Positions 58,835-64,000 of a stretch of 64,000 nt of DNA are shown here, in pieces. Source of the DNA: a virus; the IMG/VR virus record IMGVR_UViG_3300043409_001877, positions 32,001-96,000 of that record, one strand, 5' to 3'. The notes beneath the pieces were generated by a model. The model saw only the letters and a program-made list of their open reading frames with translations, made no database searches and was not told the DNA's origin. Made by a program: the position numbers and the translations under genes. Each line of letters opens with the position of its first letter. Positions within the stretch are counted from its first letter, which is position 1.

Positions 58835-59923
58835 ATGAGAATAAATCCAGAAGAAAAGCAAAAAATATACAAACAAGCCAAACACAGGCTTGGCGCTCCA
58901 ATTAGAAAAATTCAATTGGAAGAGGAGCAAATGGATAGTTTGTTAGAAATTGCTACTGAAGACTATGTTGAGTACATTCAAAATTATATTACTGAACACC
59001 AATGGCCCGCTTTAATTAGTTTGGATATTACTGAAGCTGATTTAACAAGAGCTTTTATCACTAGAGGGCAAGACTTTGTAACTCAATACACTTATTCTTA
59101 TTCTAAAATTGTTGGTTTGGGTGCTGGTGAAGGTGGTTTTGTTCTCAAAAAGGATTATGTTGAACTTAAAAGAAATGTTCAGATATATGAAATACCAGCT
59201 AATCGTGAAATTAATGAGGTATTATGGTTTACACCATCAACAATAGACCAATCAATTATCGATCCATTTATTGGTGTTTGGAGTAATAACTTTGGTGGTG
59301 AGTATATTGGTTTAGGTAGTTATTATATTATGCCAGCTTTTGATATATTAATGAGAGCAGCTGATAGAAATTTAAAAAATAGATTAATTAAATCAGAGTT
59401 AATTTATAAAGTAACCAATGCTCCAGATGGTAAGAAGTTCTTACATTTAATGAACACCCCAGGTAGTAATTTTGATTTCAGAGGTTCATTATTTGCACAA
59501 GGTAAAGTATGGTATTGGTATTATGATATTAATGGTAATAAAGATGAGTGTTTACAAAAAAATAAAGATATTATTAAATCACCAGCTGACGTTCCATTTG
59601 ATAATATGTCATTTGATGATTTAAATGAACCATCTAAAGTGTGGGTTAGACGTTATTTTATCGCTTTAGCTAAGGAAACATTAGGTAGAGTTAGGGGTAC
59701 TTTTGGTGGTAAAATACCAGTCCCTGACGCAAATATGGAAATAGAATATCAATCACTATTATCAGAAGGTAAAGATGAAATGGTTACATTAAAAAAAGAA
59801 TTGGAAGAAAGATTGGCTAGATTAAGCCCTCTTGAAATTCTTAAACGTGTATCAGAAGAGGCTACTTATGTTAATACATCATTAAAATTTAGAGCATTCC
59901 AAAAACCAATTAAAATTATTTAA
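58835..59923 (+). CDS. Neck protein / head-tail adaptor, T4 gp13-like
   Basis: LGAPIRKIQLEEEQMD; WVRRY..ALAKETLGRVRGTFGG.IP.P......L.SEGK.E...L.EL. Confidence 0.8.
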   Translation: MRINPEEKQKIYKQAKHRLGAPIRKIQLEEEQMDSLLEIATEDYVEYIQNYITEHQWPALISLDITEADLTRAFITRGQDFVTQYTYSYSKIVGLGAGEGGFVLKKDYVELKRNVQIYEIPANREINEVLWFTPSTIDQSIIDPFIGVWSNNFGGEYIGLGSYYIMPAFDILMRAADRNLKNRLIKSELIYKVTNAPDGKKFLHLMNTPGSNFDFRGSLFAQGKVWYWYYDINGNKDECLQKNKDIIKSPADVPFDNMSFDDLNEPSKVWVRRYFIALAKETLGRVRGTFGGKIPVPDANMEIEYQSLLSEGKDEMVTLKKELEERLARLSPLEILKRVSEEATYVNTSLKFRAFQKPIKII

Positions 59924-59926
59924 TAT

Positions 59927-60256
59927 ATGGCAAATTATAGAACAAGAATTGATTTAAGTAGACAGGCTGAAGTAAAAGAATTAACTTACGCTGAATTGTC
60001 TGATAATATTGAAGAGGGTAAAACTATCCTATATAAAAAAGAAGATGGTGCTCTTGGTGTCGCCTCAAAGTATAGTGGCGTAATCTACACTGGTTACACT
60101 GGTGGTGATGTTATGCGTGGTTTAACAATACCAGAATTACCAGCATCATTTCCTGGTGCGAATAAAGCTCACGTGTTATCCATGGTACAATTTGGTGTCG
60201 TTCCTATTATAAGGTGGGCTCTGGTTGATACTGATGGCGATTTTAACGAATTATAA
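59927..60256 (+). CDS. Small virion protein, paralog of the N-terminus of the next gene
   Basis: Shares DLS.QAE, FPG..KA and W.LVDTDG.FN with 60262..61929. Confidence 0.65.
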   Translation: MANYRTRIDLSRQAEVKELTYAELSDNIEEGKTILYKKEDGALGVASKYSGVIYTGYTGGDVMRGLTIPELPASFPGANKAHVLSMVQFGVVPIIRWALVDTDGDFNEL

Positions 60257-60261
60257 AAAAT

Positions 60262-61929
60262 ATGTCAATTACAGGTTCAACATTAGATTTAAGTAAACAA
60301 GCGGAATTAACAACATTAACAGACGGTCAGTTAGATGATATTGCTGATGGTAGTGCTATTATATACAGAAAAGAAAGCGAAAATGCTGATAATTTAATAT
60401 TTGGTTTACTTGAATCATACCCAGCCCTTGGTTTTGCTAGTAAAAACGGTACTATTACGGATTTACCATACCCTGGCACAGAAATTAAAGGCTTAATAGT
60501 TCCACCAATACCAAACACTTTTCCTGGTGATGACAAAGCCTATGCATTAGGTCTTGTGGAGGTTTTTGGTGAATTTAAATTAAAATGGGTTCTGGTTGAT
60601 ACTGATGGTAATTTTAATAGAGTTCCACCTTCATATTATTATACAACACGCAGTGCGGCTGTATGTTATAATTATGTTGCCACTTTAAACGATTTATTTC
60701 TTAATGGATCATTACTAGTACAAATTTACGGATGGGATGTTAACACACCCAAAAAGTATAGTATAGATGGTGGTAGTACATTTAGTGGTATTGTCACAGA
60801 ACAGTACGATGGTGGTAATTTATCTTATTTTACCATATCAAATTTAGGAACAACAAACCCAACAGGTCAAACAATTGATTTAGTTATTACCGATTCTGAT
60901 GATAATATATTATACCCAAACGAGTATTCGGCAACAGGAACAACTATTATCGCCTCACCCGTATATGAAGTTTTAAGTTCATTTGAAGGTTTAGATAATA
61001 ATGGTTCATTTGATGTTAATTTAATTAAACTCCAAGATAATTCATTAACAAGCGATGGTGTAATGGAAGTAGTAGTTACCGATATTCAGATTGGATGTCA
61101 ATATTATTATGAAATTTGGGATTACAACACTTCTACGCTTTTGTTTTATCGAGATTATTCAACCTCAAAAACCTATCAATTTGGTGTCTATACTGGGTCT
61201 ACAGAATTATTTGCCATTGTTTCTAAAAAAACACCAGGTATAATTACCATAGAAGGTATTGATAGTAATGGTGATACGTTTAAAGATATTGAACACTACT
61301 CATTACTGTATTCAAAAGGAGATCCAAATCCAGCTAATTTTGTTAATGTAACACCTGAAATGGGTTACACCGATATAAATTACACGCCAAGTGAAGCCAA
61401 TGGTGTACAAGAATTGTACATGCAAAGATATGGATATGATTGTATTTATAAAAAAGTAACAAACTTTACACAAGTTGATAATTCAGTTACAACAACTCAG
61501 ATGTTAATGTTAGATTATACTGGTGATTCCATCAATAGCTTTATATTTGATTCTCCAGTTATTGGAAATATAACTGTTAACACACCATTAAACCCAAATA
61601 CTTATTTTAACCCAGTTCAGATAAAAGCGGCTGCTTTTGGCGGTGGGTCTTCTATAATACTTTCGTACACTTTCTTAGGTTCCCCATCAACAGGTGATAC
61701 TAATGAAATATTATTTTATGATGCGGTTAGTGGTCAACCAATATTAACCGCTGGAGTCCAAACAGCAACTACAACACCTGGAGGTTATGTTACAATTGAT
61801 CTTAAATACCTAACTTATTGGACTAATAACTCAGGGCAGTCAATTATGATTAGATTCAAGTATACAAATGTTACCACATCTGGTGGTAGAACTTATTATT
61901 CCGATTTAATACACATAAAAAATGATTAA
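60262..61929 (+). CDS. Putative neck/collar fibre or decoration protein with beta-rich C-terminal domains
   Basis: 555 aa, T/Y/S/G-rich; contains YSIDGGSTF; follows the neck gene. Confidence 0.5.
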   Translation: MSITGSTLDLSKQAELTTLTDGQLDDIADGSAIIYRKESENADNLIFGLLESYPALGFASKNGTITDLPYPGTEIKGLIVPPIPNTFPGDDKAYALGLVEVFGEFKLKWVLVDTDGNFNRVPPSYYYTTRSAAVCYNYVATLNDLFLNGSLLVQIYGWDVNTPKKYSIDGGSTFSGIVTEQYDGGNLSYFTISNLGTTNPTGQTIDLVITDSDDNILYPNEYSATGTTIIASPVYEVLSSFEGLDNNGSFDVNLIKLQDNSLTSDGVMEVVVTDIQIGCQYYYEIWDYNTSTLLFYRDYSTSKTYQFGVYTGSTELFAIVSKKTPGIITIEGIDSNGDTFKDIEHYSLLYSKGDPNPANFVNVTPEMGYTDINYTPSEANGVQELYMQRYGYDCIYKKVTNFTQVDNSVTTTQMLMLDYTGDSINSFIFDSPVIGNITVNTPLNPNTYFNPVQIKAAAFGGGSSIILSYTFLGSPSTGDTNEILFYDAVSGQPILTAGVQTATTTPGGYVTIDLKYLTYWTNNSGQSIMIRFKYTNVTTSGGRTYYSDLIHIKND

Positions 61930-63508
61930 GACCGAACTAGAATATGGCACATATTATGATTTTATCGTAACAAAAGACGATAGAGTATCAACTAGAGATT
62001 ATAATTCTTTAAAGTTATTTTATATTGATGTAACTGAAGATCTTTGTACTACAATTGGTCTTAAACAAAGTGAAGATGTTATATTAAAAAACATATCATT
62101 AAATGGTTATGATAATTATTTCATACATTTTGGTAATGGTACAATCGATCCAGAAATTGAATATGTTGTATCAAAAGACGATACGTTTTGTTTACATGAA
62201 GTATCTGGCTATACTAAAAATTTAAATTACGATATTATACCAAAACTAGGGTATAATCAACTTTCTGGTGGTTTTTATCAAGGGTTTTTTAAATTACATG
62301 AATACCCAGTTGAGTTTATGCCAAATAGAATGAGAAAAGGGTGGACAACAAATATGATGTTACATTTACCAACTCTAGGTTATGGCGTTAACGCTACTAG
62401 TGGTACAACATTAAATGATGTGTTTAATAATCCAGGCTTTATTTATTATTTGGGTACTAGGGCTGAAAACAAATATTCAGATTTAACACCTATTGAGGTT
62501 AATATATTAAAAAATGATTACTTATTTACGTTTGTTGATATTGATAATCAGTACACTAGAATTGGCACGTACCAATTAGATGGTATACCATATGAAGGTT
62601 ATTTTTACATTAAAGATGGTATACCTCACGCTGGTAGAAATGAATTAGATTTAACCATAACAGGTGATACTCAATTAACTTATTTCAATAAGTATAAAGA
62701 TGTTATCGATAATTCTTTTGGTGTTAGGATAACCCCAGATGGTAGAATTGGTTATAGAAAAATATACGCTACAGACCCTTGTTATACTGGCGCAACACAA
62801 GAAGTTAGCGGTATTACTACCAATTCATTTGTTGATTTTACTCAGGACTGCGATAACTTTACCATGGGTAAAATTATAACAAAATATTTTACAATTGAAG
62901 ATTCATATACTAAATGTTCGGTAATTTCAGACCAAGAACAAATATTAGTAAACGAAGGTAGTGACGTACCAGATGATTCAACTTACATATTATTTCAAGA
63001 TGGGAATATTTGGTCAGCTCAAGATGATAGTTTAATAATTTACTCTAGCAAACCAAAGGACAAGTATGTTTATGTTACAGTAACATTTGAAAGGGATTTT
63101 AGTTATGATACAAAGTGTGATTTAACTTATGGTGATTATAAAAACGGAACATTAACAATTAGTTTAAATGGTTTTACGGTTTATAGGAATCGTAATTTTA
63201 AAGAGGTAATACCGCATGAATTAGATACCGAAGCAAAATACCAAGAAGGTGTACCATTTAATATATCATTTGGTGGTGGCTCCCAAGGTTTATACGAGGC
63301 AATTTATTTAGACCCGAATAAAACAGTAGATGGTATTATTGATAAATTCTTCGCTGGTACATTTAATGGTGGTGTTAAATTTATTGAAATGTATTCTGTA
63401 CCTTTGTATATTACAGAAGTTAGAGATATTATACAAAATAACTTACAAAATTACAATTTGTACCGACCAAAAGGTGGTAGAAGAGTATTTATAAAAAACC
63501 AAATATAA
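61922..63508 (+). CDS. Conserved hypothetical virion protein (possible concanavalin/LamG-like core)
   Basis: 528 aa; GGFYQGFFKL, QEGVPFNISFGGGSQGL, FAGTFNGGV..IEMY..PL. Confidence 0.5.
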   Translation: MIKTELEYGTYYDFIVTKDDRVSTRDYNSLKLFYIDVTEDLCTTIGLKQSEDVILKNISLNGYDNYFIHFGNGTIDPEIEYVVSKDDTFCLHEVSGYTKNLNYDIIPKLGYNQLSGGFYQGFFKLHEYPVEFMPNRMRKGWTTNMMLHLPTLGYGVNATSGTTLNDVFNNPGFIYYLGTRAENKYSDLTPIEVNILKNDYLFTFVDIDNQYTRIGTYQLDGIPYEGYFYIKDGIPHAGRNELDLTITGDTQLTYFNKYKDVIDNSFGVRITPDGRIGYRKIYATDPCYTGATQEVSGITTNSFVDFTQDCDNFTMGKIITKYFTIEDSYTKCSVISDQEQILVNEGSDVPDDSTYILFQDGNIWSAQDDSLIIYSSKPKDKYVYVTVTFERDFSYDTKCDLTYGDYKNGTLTISLNGFTVYRNRNFKEVIPHELDTEAKYQEGVPFNISFGGGSQGLYEAIYLDPNKTVDGIIDKFFAGTFNGGVKFIEMYSVPLYITEVRDIIQNNLQNYNLYRPKGGRRVFIKNQI

Positions 63509-63912
63509 TGATTTTTACAATTAGACAAAATTCAAAATTACCATCATTACGAATGAAATTATATCGTGATGGTAGAAATGATTATAATCGTTTCGAGGAT
63601 TTATTAGAAAACTCAGTTATAACCTTTGCGATGAAAGATGAAAAAACTGGCATTTATAAGGTTGCTAATAAAGAAGCTAAAATTATTTTAAAAGATCCTT
63701 GTGATATTAATAGTAAAAAAGAGTATTATATTGTATATGATTTTACAATTGACGATACCAATAAACCTGGTATATATTTAGGTCAATTCAAGGTAACTTT
63801 TTTAAATGATTGTATGCAAACAAACGGAGATTTAATAGTCCCTATTTCTGAGGAATTGTACATCCATGTTATTGATAGTTTTATCAAAAGCGACATAAAA
63901 TACATCAATTAA
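63508..63912 (+). CDS. BppU N-terminal-like (Ig-like) virion protein
   Basis: FTIRQNSKLPSL.MKL...ITFAM...YYIVYDF...DT..PG.Y.GQFKVTF. Confidence 0.55.
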   Translation: MIFTIRQNSKLPSLRMKLYRDGRNDYNRFEDLLENSVITFAMKDEKTGIYKVANKEAKIILKDPCDINSKKEYYIVYDFTIDDTNKPGIYLGQFKVTFLNDCMQTNGDLIVPISEELYIHVIDSFIKSDIKYIN

Positions 63913-63954
63913 AAAAATCACAAACCAGTAAATTTATTTTTATTGTTAATAAAT

Positions 63955-63986
63955 TTTGTTTTTATCTTGTTTTTTTACTATCTTTG
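63955..63986 (+). promoter_or_regulatory. Bacteroidota primary-sigma promoter (-33 TTTG / -7 TAnnTTTG) for a gene beyond the window
   Basis: TTTG (63955-63958), 20-nt spacer, TAtcTTTG (63979-63986). Confidence 0.65.
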
Positions 63987-64000
63987 TCCTAAAGTATACT

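Noticed and set aside
60221-60620. DGR template/variable repeat pair
   Set aside because: The similarity is short, both copies are coding paralogs, differences are not adenine-specific, and there is no reverse transcriptase in the window.
1-64000. Alternative genetic code (TAG/TGA reassignment as in some Bacteroidota phages)
   Set aside because: Genes are full length and densely packed under code 11. The gene ends I checked are TAA or TGA, and no conserved gene is interrupted by TAG.

Overview
AT-rich, densely coding segment of a large myovirus (T4-like/jumbo-type contractile-tailed phage). The host is probably in the Bacteroidota: there is a TTTG-N20-TAnnTTTG promoter, no Shine-Dalgarno motifs, and the SSB ends in ...EDLPF. 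Most genes are on the minus strand. The window carries baseplate, tail and neck morphogenesis genes: gp7/gpI-like (truncated at the window edge and missing from the ORF track), gp6, gp25, an apparently split hub ending in three enzyme domains, gp53/LysM, a 2550-aa tube initiator, tape measure, a gp26/gp51-like chaperone pair, tube, sheath, gp15, gp14 and gp13. A replication/nucleotide block (nrdA, nrdB, DnaB-like helicase, 5'-3' exonuclease, RecA/UvsX, gp32-like SSB) sits inside this cluster, along with a SNF2 helicase, a Gp88-like protein and a Vsr-like endonuclease. Main leads: (1) a probable +1 (or -2) programmed frameshift joining the gp26-like and gp51-like chaperone ORFs; (2) a non-coding element between sheath and tube with face-to-face promoters, inverted repeats and an AT-rich core (candidate origin or sense/antisense RNA pair); (3) two promoter classes, including a putative late motif TATTTAT that is the reverse complement of the T4 late box core; (4) a hub split over three ORFs and carrying DUF2272/CHAP-like, lysozyme-like and SGNH domains; (5) an OmpA-like domain inserted into the tube initiator. 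No tRNA, CRISPR array, intein or recoded stop codon was seen. All product calls come from motif recognition by eye, not database searches.
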